Assembly (NCBI GenBank): GCA_965206455.1
Contig: CBDBJS010000002.1
Location: forward strand, 3,327,779 to 3,391,778
Length of the DNA: 64,000 bases
DNA from: Longimicrobiales bacterium
GTDB taxonomy: Bacteria; Gemmatimonadota; Gemmatimonadetes; Longimicrobiales; Gaopeijiaceae
Direction of reading: 5' to 3'
Shown here piece after piece: positions 55,002 through 64,000 of this stretch (the stretch's first letter is position 1; every line of letters starts with the position of its first letter). The notes beneath the pieces were generated by a model that was not told the DNA's origin, did no database searches, and saw only the letters and a program-made list of their open reading frames with translations. The position numbers and the translations under genes were made by a program.

Positions 55002-55333
55002 GCGATGTTTCTGGCCCGAATGATTGTGACGCTCCTAGTGACGTCCGCAGCTGACGGTCGCCTGTCCGGTGAGGATCTCGCCGACAAGCTTCGGGCCGCT
55101 GTGCAGGCCAAGCTGAAGGCATGACCACCAAACCGGCTGGCCCCACCGATTGGGAAACCCGGCCACTGCATCTACGTGGTCCACTTTGCCCTGGAGGGTG
55201 AGGCAGGGCGGATGGCGCGCGCCGACGTGAATCGGGATCGGCGGCAGTACCAGCTGGCAGACGATGAGGAGGATGCCCGGACGATATCTTGGCTGATCCG
55301 ATATGCTCCTGCTGGGACGTGGGTGGTGACCGG

Positions 55334-57250
55334 TCATGCCGTCGCTCCCGCCGCCTTCAGAGCGGCTCCCGTTTCGGTGAGGACGTACTTCTGATTGGAC
55401 GCTCGCGGATTCTCGGGATTGGTCATGCGAATCAATCGACCCCCCAGCAGGGGGTTCAGATGCTTGTTGCGAAAGTGCGTGCGATGGGAAACACCGGCGC
55501 GCTCCATCAGTTCGGTCAGGCTGCGCGGAACATCGCACGCGCCCAGGATGGTCCGCTGGCGTTTGGTCAGGCGCAGAGGGACATGGTCACTGCTCAAGTC
55601 CGAGCCGACTTGGTCACCATGGTCACTCTCCTTGTCGGTGCCGGTCTCTCCGTCGGGCGCCTTCCCGGTGTCGGTCTCTGGCTCGCCCTCCGGTGTGGCA
55701 CTCCGGCCGTTCGAATTCTCCGAGGACGGACTCGTAGCCTTGTCGTCCGCCAAGGCACCGCCCATGTGTGAGAGGTGATCGGCGAGCCGGAATGTGTCGC
55801 CCGTTTCCGGAGGTCGAAAAAGACCTTGGACCACCATGGTGCTCAGGACCTTCCGCACGTCCGGTCCCGCGAGTCCGGTGACCGCCGTTGCATCGGTCAC
55901 CGCGAGCCAGCCCTCGCGGCAGGCGAAGGCGAGCAGCGCCGCCTGCGACTCGTCCAACCGAACTCCAAGCCGCGCCTGGAAAAGCCGCTGTTCCTCATTG
56001 AGCAGCTCATCCCGCACCAGCGCGAGTTCGAAGCTGTTGTGGGCCTTGTCGTTTCGGATGATGGGCGGAACGTTGCCGAGGCGGCGCCAGTTCCTGAAGA
56101 TGGCCCGCACGCCGGTGCCAGCCTGCTCGCTCAGTCCAATTCTGCGAAAGGCGGCAACGATCGAGGGATTCCGGACTTCCTTCGCCGTCGGATCCAGCAA
56201 CTCGTCCGTGGAGGCGTGGGCGTCCCCCGGATTCCAGAATACCGTTCGGTCCTGATAGAACCGTATGAACGCGGTGCGTCCGTGGTCCCCGTAGTCCTGG
56301 TGGATCAATTGGTTGATGATTGCTTCCCGAAAGGACACATAGTCGGGAGCGTGGTCGTTCCGCCGGAGCGTCTGCATGTCGAGGCTGGAGGGGCGGTCCG
56401 CATGGCGCAGGTATCGTTCCGACAGGATCAGCCAAGCCTGAAGCAGGTTCTCCTCCACGACGATCCGGTCGGCCCAGCGGTGGTCGGGCGACCATTCGGC
56501 AAGTCTGGCACCGATAAACTGGCAGTCGATGACCGGCCGGGGAAGAATCTGCCGCAGGTAGCGGGGGCGACCGAAGATCAGCACGGCCGCCCGGGTCGGC
56601 GCCAGCCGGTCGCCGCACTCCACCACGAAGCCCCACTCGTGCAGGAACTCGACATCGGTGAAGCTCTGGTGCCTTCCGGGGTTGCGATCGAAGAAGACCG
56701 ACCGGTACCAGCGCACGGAATTAGGGTCGAAGAACTCGTGGGCTTCCAACTCGCCCAGGACCCGGTTGTCGTACCGGTCTTCGGCCGCGTCCCGCAGGAA
56801 CCGTTCCAGTTCGGTTCGGCGGCATCGCTCGTTGCAACCGCCGCGCCGGATGAAGGTTCGGTTCGGATTCCCGTCCAGGTAGACAGGTTTCCGGCCGCGA
56901 GGAGACTCCCTAATGAAAAAGGCCAGAAGAGTCTTGCCGTCCACCTCGATGGCATCCGCGTCCACCTCAATCGAGCGGCTCAGCTTCTGCCCCGAGCGGA
57001 TCGTGCTCAGGAACTCGTTCTGAACCTTGTCGACCCGGTCCACGCCGACAACTTCGATTTCACCGTCGCGGTCGCGAACCCCGAAGACGATCGTACCGCC
57101 CCCCGTGTTGGCGAAGGCCGACGCAGCCTCGTACGCGGATTTCGGAACTGCTGCGCGTGCCTGCTTGAACTCGGCGTCCGACCACTCGGGCCGTTTCAGC
57201 CGGTCGACCAGGGCTTCACGGTTCATTGTTCTGATCTGCTCCCGCCTCAT
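55334..57250 (-). CDS. Schlafen/AlbA_2-domain protein with HATPase_c_4-like middle region and C-terminal winged-helix region
   Basis: EWSDAEFKQARAAVPKSAYEAASAFANTGGGTIVFGV (AlbA_2 N-terminus), FREAIINQLIHQDY and NPSIVAAFRRIGLSEQAGTGV (HATPase_c_4-type). An acidic linker precedes a C-terminal DNA-binding-like segment. Confidence 0.85.
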   Translation of the reverse strand: MRREQIRTMNREALVDRLKRPEWSDAEFKQARAAVPKSAYEAASAFANTGGGTIVFGVRDRDGEIEVVGVDRVDKVQNEFLSTIRSGQKLSRSIEVDADAIEVDGKTLLAFFIRESPRGRKPVYLDGNPNRTFIRRGGCNERCRRTELERFLRDAAEDRYDNRVLGELEAHEFFDPNSVRWYRSVFFDRNPGRHQSFTDVEFLHEWGFVVECGDRLAPTRAAVLIFGRPRYLRQILPRPVIDCQFIGARLAEWSPDHRWADRIVVEENLLQAWLILSERYLRHADRPSSLDMQTLRRNDHAPDYVSFREAIINQLIHQDYGDHGRTAFIRFYQDRTVFWNPGDAHASTDELLDPTAKEVRNPSIVAAFRRIGLSEQAGTGVRAIFRNWRRLGNVPPIIRNDKAHNSFELALVRDELLNEEQRLFQARLGVRLDESQAALLAFACREGWLAVTDATAVTGLAGPDVRKVLSTMVVQGLFRPPETGDTFRLADHLSHMGGALADDKATSPSSENSNGRSATPEGEPETDTGKAPDGETGTDKESDHGDQVGSDLSSDHVPLRLTKRQRTILGACDVPRSLTELMERAGVSHRTHFRNKHLNPLLGGRLIRMTNPENPRASNQKYVLTETGAALKAAGATA

Positions 57251-57266
57251 CTGGGTCCCACCGTTA

Positions 57267-57355
57267 CTTGGTCAGTGACCAAGTATTGTAATGGCCTTGT
57301 CAACTTGGTCACTGACCAAGCACCGAGTTGGTCACTGACCATGGCACTGACCAAG
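57267..57355. promoter_or_regulatory. Array of TTGGTCA-N-TGACCAA palindromes (two perfect, one near-perfect, one half-site) upstream of the AlbA_2 gene
   Basis: CTTGGTCAGTGACCAAG at 57267-57283. CTTGGTCACTGACCAAG at 57304-57320. GTTGGTCACTGACCATG at 57327-57343. CACTGACCAAG at 57345-57355. All lie 17-105 nt upstream of start codon 57250. Confidence 0.75.
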
Positions 57356-57458
57356 TGGACCACGTAGTCACCACTGTCCCAATCACTGTCGACCACGGAA
57401 GACCGGGCTTGTCAGGAGCCAGGGTCGGCCAGCCGGCCCAGTCGTAGAAGCCCGTCGG

Positions 57459-58411
57459 TCACCCCTGCGCACGCAGCCTGCGCCGACACTCCGGGTGCAG
57501 CGTGGTCACCAGGCGATTGAAGTGGTCGCGCATCCACTCGACCACTTCGTCGAAGTCGCGGATTTCCGTTCCGTCTCCGAACTCCGTGCTGCGATGGAAC
57601 CCCACCCGCGGTTGTCCTGTGGAGTTAGACCACCGCTTCCATCCGTCGAGCGCGCTTCCCAGTTCCCCGTTACCGCTCAGAGCATCAACGATCTCAGCAA
57701 AGATTCTCCCGTTCTCTGGGTAGCCCTTCCGCCAGGTCAGATAGGTTCCGATGCTGGAGCTCCTTCTATCCAGATAGGCACCGAACGAGACACCCCAGCC
57801 TCCGTGTCCCGATCCTTCGACCTTCACCCAAACGCTTGCGTATCTGGAAGGTTGAGGCACCAACGGTTCAGAGATGTCGAAGGCGAAGTTGTCCAGCACC
57901 GCCGTCCAGAATTGCTCGTTCTCGTCCTCCATCGGCGATGGCTCGTGCTCCTCAATTGGGTCGTCGTCGGTCTCCTCCAGAATCGTCCTGCGAACCAGGA
58001 TTGTCCGGCGTACGAGCGCGGTCCGCGCCAGGACCCGCGGCTGGATGATCAAGTCCCCGCTGTCCCCACGACGAAAGATGGCGGCTTCGACAAGCGCAAG
58101 ATCGAACCGGAGACCGCTGTGCTCCTGCACGTACGAAACGATGTCCTCGACGCCCTCGCGGATCCCGTCGCCGATGATCAGCAGCAGGAACTCGCCGCGC
58201 TTGAGGTTACGGGCCACGCGATCGCCGGAACCTCGTCGTTGTACGCGGGGTCGATCTCACCGAGCGGCAGGAGGTCCGCGTGCCGGAACAGGACTTCCTG
58301 CAGGCGGGCTTCGTCAATGGCACCCTCACCTCCGACGGACGCAAACGGGACGCGCCGCCAAGTGGTCCTGGCGGTCAAGTCACCGCTCAGCTGGATGAGG
58401 TTCCCGTACAT
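57459..58411 (-). pseudogene. Decayed nuclease-associated gene in two frames
   Basis: The N-terminal 70 aa ([10 protein letters not shown]...[19 protein letters not shown], frame of ORF 58178..58789) run into [26 protein letters not shown]... (ORF 57459..58217) with a frame change near 58215. In homologues as I recall them, a PD-(D/E)xK core sits between these two parts and seems missing here. Confidence 0.45.
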
Positions 58412-58541
58412 ATGCCGCCTCCGATGCATGGTTCCGATGTCGGGACCGAATCTAGCCACAAGGAAACCTCCTTGCGCCCCCGCCCACCCCTCACCATTCT
58501 GTCCTCCCCAACACAATTCCCCCACACCCCCCGGAGGTGCC

Positions 58542-59015
58542 ATGCCAACCGTCACAATGACCGTGAACGGGATGCAGCGGTCGGGAACGGTCGAGGGTCG
58601 AACACTCCTCGTCGAATTCCTGCGCGAACATCTCGGTCTCACCGGAACCCATGTCGGGTGCGACACGAGCCAATGCGGAGCCTGCGTGGTCCATGTGAAC
58701 GGCACGTCCGTCAAGAGCTGTACCTGCCTGGCGGTCCAGGCGGACGGCTCGGCCGTCACCACCATTGAAGGGCTCGCCAACGGCGGCACCCTTCACCCCA
58801 TGCAGGAGGCTTTCCGCGAGCACCACGGGCTCCAGTGCGGCTTCTGCACGCCGGGCATGGTGTTGAGCGCGGTGGACCTGGCCAACAGGAATTCAAATCC
58901 GAGCGAGCATGAGGTCCGGGAGTGGCTGGAGGGCAACCTCTGTCGCTGTACCGGCTACCACAACATCGTCAAGGCCGTCCAGGCGGGCGCCCAAGCCATG
59001 GGAGGTGGGTCATGA
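58542..59015 (+). CDS. (2Fe-2S)-binding small subunit, CoxS-like
   Basis: [18 protein letters not shown] and CRCTGY. 157 aa with no signal peptide. Confidence 0.9.
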   Translation: MPTVTMTVNGMQRSGTVEGRTLLVEFLREHLGLTGTHVGCDTSQCGACVVHVNGTSVKSCTCLAVQADGSAVTTIEGLANGGTLHPMQEAFREHHGLQCGFCTPGMVLSAVDLANRNSNPSEHEVREWLEGNLCRCTGYHNIVKAVQAGAQAMGGGS

Positions 59016-61369
59016 GTGCGAACGGCACGGGAATCGGAGCCTCGGTCAAGCGCAAGGAAGACCAGCGCTTCCTCACGGGAAGAGGCCGCTACACCGACGA
59101 CATCAACCTGCACGGGCAGCTGTACGGGTACATCCTGAGGTCGCCTGTGGCGCACGCGACCATCGGCGGGATCGACACCAGCGCGGCCATGGCAGCGCCG
59201 GGCGTGCACGCCGTCTACTCCGGCAAGGACATGGAAGGCGTGGGCGGCATCCCGACGGGGTGGCTCATCCACAGCAAGGACGGCTCGCCGATGGTCGAGC
59301 CGCCACATCCGGCGCTCGCCCTGGGCAAGGTGCGTTACGTGGGTGACTGCGTCGCGATCGTCGTCGCCGACACGATGGAGCAGGCCAAAACCGCGGCCAA
59401 TCTCGTCGACGTGGACTATCAGGAACTCCCCGCGGTGGCCTCGATCGGGGCAGCGGAAGCCGACGGCGCACCCCTGGTCTTTGACCAAGCGCCCGGCAAC
59501 GTCTGCTACGACTGGGAGGTCGGCGACAAGGCAGCCACCGACGCGGCCTTTGAAGACGCGGACCACGTTGTCTCGATCGATGTGGTGAACAATCGCCTCA
59601 TCCCGAACGCAATCGAGCCTCGCGCCGCCATCGCCAACTTCGACCCGGCGACGGACGAATACACACTATACACAACGAGCCAGAACCCCCACCTGGTTCG
59701 CCTGCTCCTCGGCGCCTTCGTCCTCGGGCTTCCCGAGCACAAGCTGCGGATCGTGGCGCCCGACGTGGGCGGCGGTTTCGGGTCCAAGATCCCGCACTAC
59801 GCGGAAGAAGCGATCCTGACCTGGACCGCCGGTCAGCTCGGCCGGCCCGTCAAGTGGACCTGCGAGCGTCTCGACGCCTTCAAGTCGGACACGCACGGCC
59901 GCGACCACCTCAGCACGGCCTCGATGGCGCTGGACGCGGACGGCACCTTCCTCGGGCTGCGCGTCTCCACCAAGGCCAACCTGGGCGCGTACCTCTCCAC
60001 CTTCGCCCCCTGCGTCCCGACGTACCTGTACGGCATCCTCTTCGCGGGACCGTACACCACGCCGGCGGTCTACTGCGAGGTCAAGTCGTTCTTCACCAAC
60101 ACGGTGCCGGTCGACGCGCTGCGCGGCGCGGGGCGACCCGAGGCGACCTACCTCCTCGAGCGGCTGGTGGAAAAGGCCGCCCGCGAGCTCGGGATGGATC
60201 GCGTCGAGATCCGCCGCCAGAACTTCATCCGCGAGTTCCCGTATCAGACGCCGGTCGCGCTGCAGTACGACCAGGGCGACTACGACGCGACCCTGGACCT
60301 GGCGCTGGGTGCCGCGGACTGGGACGGCTTCGAGGCCCGGCGTGCGGAAGCGGCGGCCCGCGGAAAGTGCCGCGGGATCGGCATCTCCACCTTCATCGAG
60401 GCGTGCGGGATCGCGCCCTCGGCGGTGGTGGGGTCGCTGGGAGCCCGCGCCGGGTTGTACGAATCGGGCAGCGTACGGGTCCATCCCACGGGTTCGGTCT
60501 CGGTCTTCACCGGGACGCACAGCCACGGGCAGGGCCACGAGACCACCTTCGCACAGATCGTCTCCGACATGCTCGGGGTCGACTTCGACGCGGTCGACGT
60601 GGTGCACGGGGACTCGGCCAGGATCCCCTTCGGGATGGGGACGTACGGTTCGCGCTCGCTCGCGGTGGGCGGGACGGCGATCTACCTCGCCGTCGAGAAG
60701 GTCATCGAAAAGGGCAAGAAGATCGCCGCGCACCTGCTGGAGGCTTCGGTCGAGGACATCGAGTTCGAGAACGGGTCCTTCACGGTGGCCGGGACGGATC
60801 GGTCGAAGTCGATCGGCGACGTCGCGCTGACCGCATACGTGCCGCACAACTACCCCGAGGGGCTGGAACCCGGGCTGGAAGAAACCGCGTTCTACGACCC
60901 GCTCAACTTCACCTTCCCGGCGGGCACCCACATCGTCGAGGTCGAGGTCGACCCGGAGACGGGCGAGGTGGATCTGATCGCGGTGACCGGGTCGGACGAC
61001 GTCGGGCGGATCATCAACCCGATGATCGTGGCGGGCCAGCTGCACGGCGGCCTCGCCCACGGGATCGGGCAGGCGCTGCTGGAAGAGTGCCGCTACCAGG
61101 AGGACGGGCAGCTGGAGACGGGGTCGTACATGAACTACACGATGCCCCGCGCGGCCGACCTGCCCTTGTTCAGCATCAACCACAACACGACGCTCTGCAC
61201 CCACAACCCGCTCGGTGCCAAGGGCGTCGGCGAAGTGGGCTCGATCGGGGTGCCCCCGGCGGTGATCAACGCGGTAATTGACGCGCTGCGCCCCCTCGGC
61301 GTAGACGACATGACGATGCCCGCCACCTCGCAGAGGGTGTGGCAGGCAATCCAGGACGCAAACGGCTGA
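59012..61369 (+). CDS. Molybdopterin-binding large subunit, form II CoxL-like (not a bona fide CO dehydrogenase signature)
   Basis: ATGA overlap with the small subunit. [19 protein letters not shown]-terminus. The active-site loop reads [10 protein letters not shown], versus AYRGAGR in form II and VAYRCSFR in form I. Confidence 0.9.
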   Translation: MSANGTGIGASVKRKEDQRFLTGRGRYTDDINLHGQLYGYILRSPVAHATIGGIDTSAAMAAPGVHAVYSGKDMEGVGGIPTGWLIHSKDGSPMVEPPHPALALGKVRYVGDCVAIVVADTMEQAKTAANLVDVDYQELPAVASIGAAEADGAPLVFDQAPGNVCYDWEVGDKAATDAAFEDADHVVSIDVVNNRLIPNAIEPRAAIANFDPATDEYTLYTTSQNPHLVRLLLGAFVLGLPEHKLRIVAPDVGGGFGSKIPHYAEEAILTWTAGQLGRPVKWTCERLDAFKSDTHGRDHLSTASMALDADGTFLGLRVSTKANLGAYLSTFAPCVPTYLYGILFAGPYTTPAVYCEVKSFFTNTVPVDALRGAGRPEATYLLERLVEKAARELGMDRVEIRRQNFIREFPYQTPVALQYDQGDYDATLDLALGAADWDGFEARRAEAAARGKCRGIGISTFIEACGIAPSAVVGSLGARAGLYESGSVRVHPTGSVSVFTGTHSHGQGHETTFAQIVSDMLGVDFDAVDVVHGDSARIPFGMGTYGSRSLAVGGTAIYLAVEKVIEKGKKIAAHLLEASVEDIEFENGSFTVAGTDRSKSIGDVALTAYVPHNYPEGLEPGLEETAFYDPLNFTFPAGTHIVEVEVDPETGEVDLIAVTGSDDVGRIINPMIVAGQLHGGLAHGIGQALLEECRYQEDGQLETGSYMNYTMPRAADLPLFSINHNTTLCTHNPLGAKGVGEVGSIGVPPAVINAVIDALRPLGVDDMTMPATSQRVWQAIQDANG

Positions 61370-61383
61370 TCGGAGACGAGACC

Positions 61384-62180
61384 GTGCAAGACTTCAACTA
61401 TCACGCACCGACATCGATGAACGAGGCCCTTGACGCCCTGCGCGGCGCCGAGGGCGGAAAGGTGATCGCGGGCGGGCAGAGCCTGCTGCCGATCATGAAG
61501 CTGAACCTGGCCATGCCGAGTGACCTCGTGTCGCTGGCGGGCGTGCCTGGCCTGGCCGACATCACCGACAACGGCGACTCGGTCGAGGTGGGGGCCATGT
61601 GTACCCATGCGCAGGTGGCCGGGTCGGATGTGGTTCGGGGGCGCATACCCGCGCTAGCCCACATGGCCGACGGGATCGGGACGCGCAGGTCAGGAACGCG
61701 GGCACGATCGGGGGTTCGGTGGCCCACAACGACCCCGGGGCAGACTACCCGGCCGCGTGTGTCGCCCTCGGCGCGAGCATCGTGACCGACCGGCGCGAGA
61801 TCTCGTCGGACGACTACTTCCAGGGCATGTTCATGACCGCGCTGGAGGACGACGAGGTCATCACCGCCGTGCGATTCCCTGTGCCTGCCCGCGCGGCCTA
61901 CGCCAAGTTCGCAAACCCCGCCTCGAAGTACGCGGTGGCGGGGGTCATGGTGGCGGACGGGCCTGCCGGGGTGAGAGTGGCCGTGACGGGCGCGTCGGGT
62001 GACGGCGTCTTCCGGGTGGCCGAGATGGAAGCCGCGCTGGGGACATCGTTCAGCGCCGACGCGGTAGCCGGGATTGCGGTGTCGACCGACGACATGCTGT
62101 CGGACACGGCGGCCGGGCCCGAGTACAGGGCGCACCTGGTGACCGTGATGGCGAAGAGGGCCGTGGAGGCTTGCGGATAG
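61384..62180 (+). pseudogene. FAD-binding medium subunit, CoxM-like, with a 1-nt deletion in a G run at 61678-61680
   Basis: Frame 1 (GTG 61384): VQDFNYHAPTS...GGQSLLPIMKL...HMADGIG. Frame 2 continues with DAQVRNAGTIGGSVAHNDP. The sequence GGGAC would need to be GGGGAC for one continuous frame. Confidence 0.75.
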
Positions 62181-62222
62181 AGGCCCCGGCGATGCCGAAT
62201 CGGGCTGCGGGCGGGCGGTAAC

Positions 62223-63134
62223 GTGACTGCCCGCCCGCAGCCGCCCACAACGCGCCCAGGATCCGTCGAGGACGCGGTCGCAATGTTGCGGGGCCAGGGC
62301 TACGTGGCCGACGTGGGCCTGGGGACCGCGCTCTTCCTTGCGCTGGAGCTGGGGCGTCCCCTACTCCTCGAGGGTGAAGCCGGTGTCGGCAAGACCGAGG
62401 TGGCCAAGACCCTGGCCGCCGGGCTCCGCCGTCCGCTGATTCGCTTGCAGTGCTACGAGGGGCTGGATCTGGCGTCGGCCGCGTACGAGTGGAACTACGC
62501 GAAGCAGATGATCCATATCCGGGCGGCCGAGGGGGGGCAGGAGGGCGGCCCCGATCTCGCCCGCGACGTCTTCTCCGAGGACTTCCTCATCCGTCGCCCC
62601 CTGCTCTCCGCCCTCGATCCGCCCGATGGAGTCGCCCCGGTCCTCCTGATCGACGAACTCGACCGGACCGACGAGCCCTTCGAGGCCTACCTGCTGGAGG
62701 TCCTCTCCGACTTCCAGATCACGATCCCCGAGTTGGGAACGGTGAGCGCCGCCGAGCTGCCCCATGTCGTCATCACCTCGAACCGCACGCGCGAGATCCA
62801 CGACGCCCTGAAGCGCCGCTGCATCTACCACTGGATCGACTATCCCACCGCCGCGCGCGAGCTGGAGATCCTCGCTTCGCGGGTTCCGGATGCGCCGGAG
62901 CAGCTGAGCGTCCAGGTCGTCACCTTTGTGCAAAAGGTTCGCGAGCTGGAGCTGTTCAAGAAACCCGGCGTCGCGGAAACGCTGGACTGGACCCGGGCGC
63001 TGATGGCGCTCGATCGCCACACCCTGGACCGCGACACGGCCCACCGGACGCTGGGCGTGCTGCTCAAGTACCAGGACGACCTGGCGCAGATGGCCGAAGG
63101 CGGGGTGGACGAGGTGATGGAGGCGGTGGGTTGA
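62223..63134 (+). CDS. MoxR-family AAA ATPase, CoxD-like
   Basis: Walker A GEAGVGKT and Walker B LLIDELDR. Position directly after the Cox-like structural genes. Confidence 0.85.
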   Translation: MTARPQPPTTRPGSVEDAVAMLRGQGYVADVGLGTALFLALELGRPLLLEGEAGVGKTEVAKTLAAGLRRPLIRLQCYEGLDLASAAYEWNYAKQMIHIRAAEGGQEGGPDLARDVFSEDFLIRRPLLSALDPPDGVAPVLLIDELDRTDEPFEAYLLEVLSDFQITIPELGTVSAAELPHVVITSNRTREIHDALKRRCIYHWIDYPTAARELEILASRVPDAPEQLSVQVVTFVQKVRELELFKKPGVAETLDWTRALMALDRHTLDRDTAHRTLGVLLKYQDDLAQMAEGGVDEVMEAVG

Positions 63135-63159
63135 GGGGGCCGCCAGGCCTCGCCAACAG

Positions 63160-64000
63160 TCACCGCACCCGCCCAAACCTCACGTCGCGAGTACGGCCGT
63201 TGCTCACGTAGAAGCCGATCACCTGCCCGTTGCGGTCGCGCTCGAAGGCGAACGACAGGCCGTCGCCAGAGAAGTTGTCCTCTTCCCCGGGCGTCAGCGG
63301 CCTGCGGCCAAGCCGTCGCTGGTACATGCCCAGCTTCCCGTCCTCCGCCGTGAAGGTGAAGAAGGTCTCCAGCTCGTCGCTGAAGAAACGTCCCGCGAAG
63401 TCGGCGAGGTCTTCCGCCGTCGGCTGCCACTCCTCGGGGGCGTCGTCCCCCAGGCGCGTGGCATGCCGGTCCCCGTTCTGGTGCATCGTCAGTCCCTCGA
63501 CCTCTCCGTCCTCTCCGCGCAGGAAGGTGACCGAAGCCTCGACGGCGAGCAGGCGGAAGGTCGAGTCCGACGTGGGCACGATCTCGAGCCGCTGCTGGCC
63601 CGTCGCCTGCGTGTAAAGGGTGTCGTCCTCTCGCGTGAAGGTGAGGATGAAGTCGGGCGCCGCGTCCACCGAGTACCGCCCGGCGAATTCGTCGAAATCC
63701 TCCGCGTCATAGTCTTCCGCGTTGAAGTCACCCTCTGCGGCCTCGTCCTCCCCTTCTTCCTCTTCCATATCGTCCTTGAAGAACGCTGCGGCCAGCTCGA
63801 AGGCGACACTGCTGTTGAACTGCGCGTGGTTGCTCTGCGTCGTGAGACCGGCGTTGATCTCGGGGTAGTACACAAGCATCGAACGGTGCGCCACGTCCGC
63901 GCCGCCGTGGTGGACCCGCTTGAGCCCACCCTGCTCATCGACGGACAGACCGTACCCGTAGCCCGTTTCCTCCCCGTCCGTGAGCACGAAGGAGGTCATC
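63160..64000 (-). CDS. Serine hydrolase (beta-lactamase family), C-terminal part; 5' end beyond the window
   Basis: GYGYGLSV...HHGGADVAHRSMLVYYPE resembles the C-terminal end of class-C-like serine hydrolase domains. An acidic linker and two similar ~80-aa C-terminal modules follow. Confidence 0.5.
   Translation of the reverse strand, partial: MTSFVLTDGEETGYGYGLSVDEQGGLKRVHHGGADVAHRSMLVYYPEINAGLTTQSNHAQFNSSVAFELAAAFFKDDMEEEEGEDEAAEGDFNAEDYDAEDFDEFAGRYSVDAAPDFILTFTREDDTLYTQATGQQRLEIVPTSDSTFRLLAVEASVTFLRGEDGEVEGLTMHQNGDRHATRLGDDAPEEWQPTAEDLADFAGRFFSDELETFFTFTAEDGKLGMYQRRLGRRPLTPGEEDNFSGDGLSFAFERDRNGQVIGFYVSNGRTRDVRFGRVR

Noticed and set aside
55007-55394. Small ORFs that could be a mini TA pair: a 39-aa MFLARMIVTLLVTSAADGRLSGEDLADKLRAAVQAKLKA, an overlapping 26-aa ORF, and the 72-aa ORF 55176..55394
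   Set aside because: I recognised no toxin/antitoxin motifs. The ORFs are in different frames and partly overlap the 3' end of the AlbA_2 gene. Possibly relics.
1-64000. tRNA, tmRNA, rRNA genes or att repeats
   Set aside because: I found no T-arm-like GGTTCGAATCC-type sequences or rRNA-like stretches by eye. attL would be outside the window, so attR cannot be identified. This needs tRNAscan-SE/Infernal.

Overview
64-kb high-GC bacterial chromosomal segment (roughly 65-70% GC by eye) with about 55 protein-coding genes. I saw no rRNA, tRNA or CRISPR array. The gene content (many TAT-signal oxidoreductases, a tricorn-like protease, M28/M81 peptidases, repeated GxGPxEF beta-propeller lipoproteins) gives the impression of a Gemmatimonadota-like Gram-negative, but that is only an impression. 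Backbone genes are interrupted by five accessory patches. (1) 1-7.4 kb: an integrase-linked island. It carries a DUF4365-like nuclease-fold gene translationally coupled to an unknown 377-aa partner, a small membrane protein, an apparently intact MmeI-like Type IIL restriction-modification enzyme, and a three-gene antitoxin-rich TA locus. (2) 20.3-21.3 kb: an MNT/HEPN cassette bracketed by 102-bp direct repeats that duplicate the 5' end of the neighbouring epimerase gene. (3) 33.6-40.3 kb, the most interesting locus: a five-gene operon. It encodes a 4-TM coiled-coil protein, a membrane-anchored vWA-like protein, and a MotA/ExbB-like protein with a ~330-aa helical tail. It also encodes a MotB/ExbD-like single-TM protein whose long coiled coil contains a near-perfect 21-bp (heptad) tandem repeat, and an Arch_ATPase/DUF234 ATPase-nuclease. 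The logic is Zorya-like, but it matches no Zorya type or other system I know. (4) 49.6-50.3 kb: VapBC. (5) 54.2-58.5 kb: an islet with a Schlafen/AlbA_2-type gene preceded by an array of TTGGTCA-N-TGACCAA palindromes and a decayed nuclease-like gene. Three and possibly four conserved genes carry single frame disruptions (DUF885, CoxM-like, nuclease-like, possibly DUF4365-like), so either the assembly has indel errors or genes are decaying. All family assignments come from motif recognition by eye; no searches were run.
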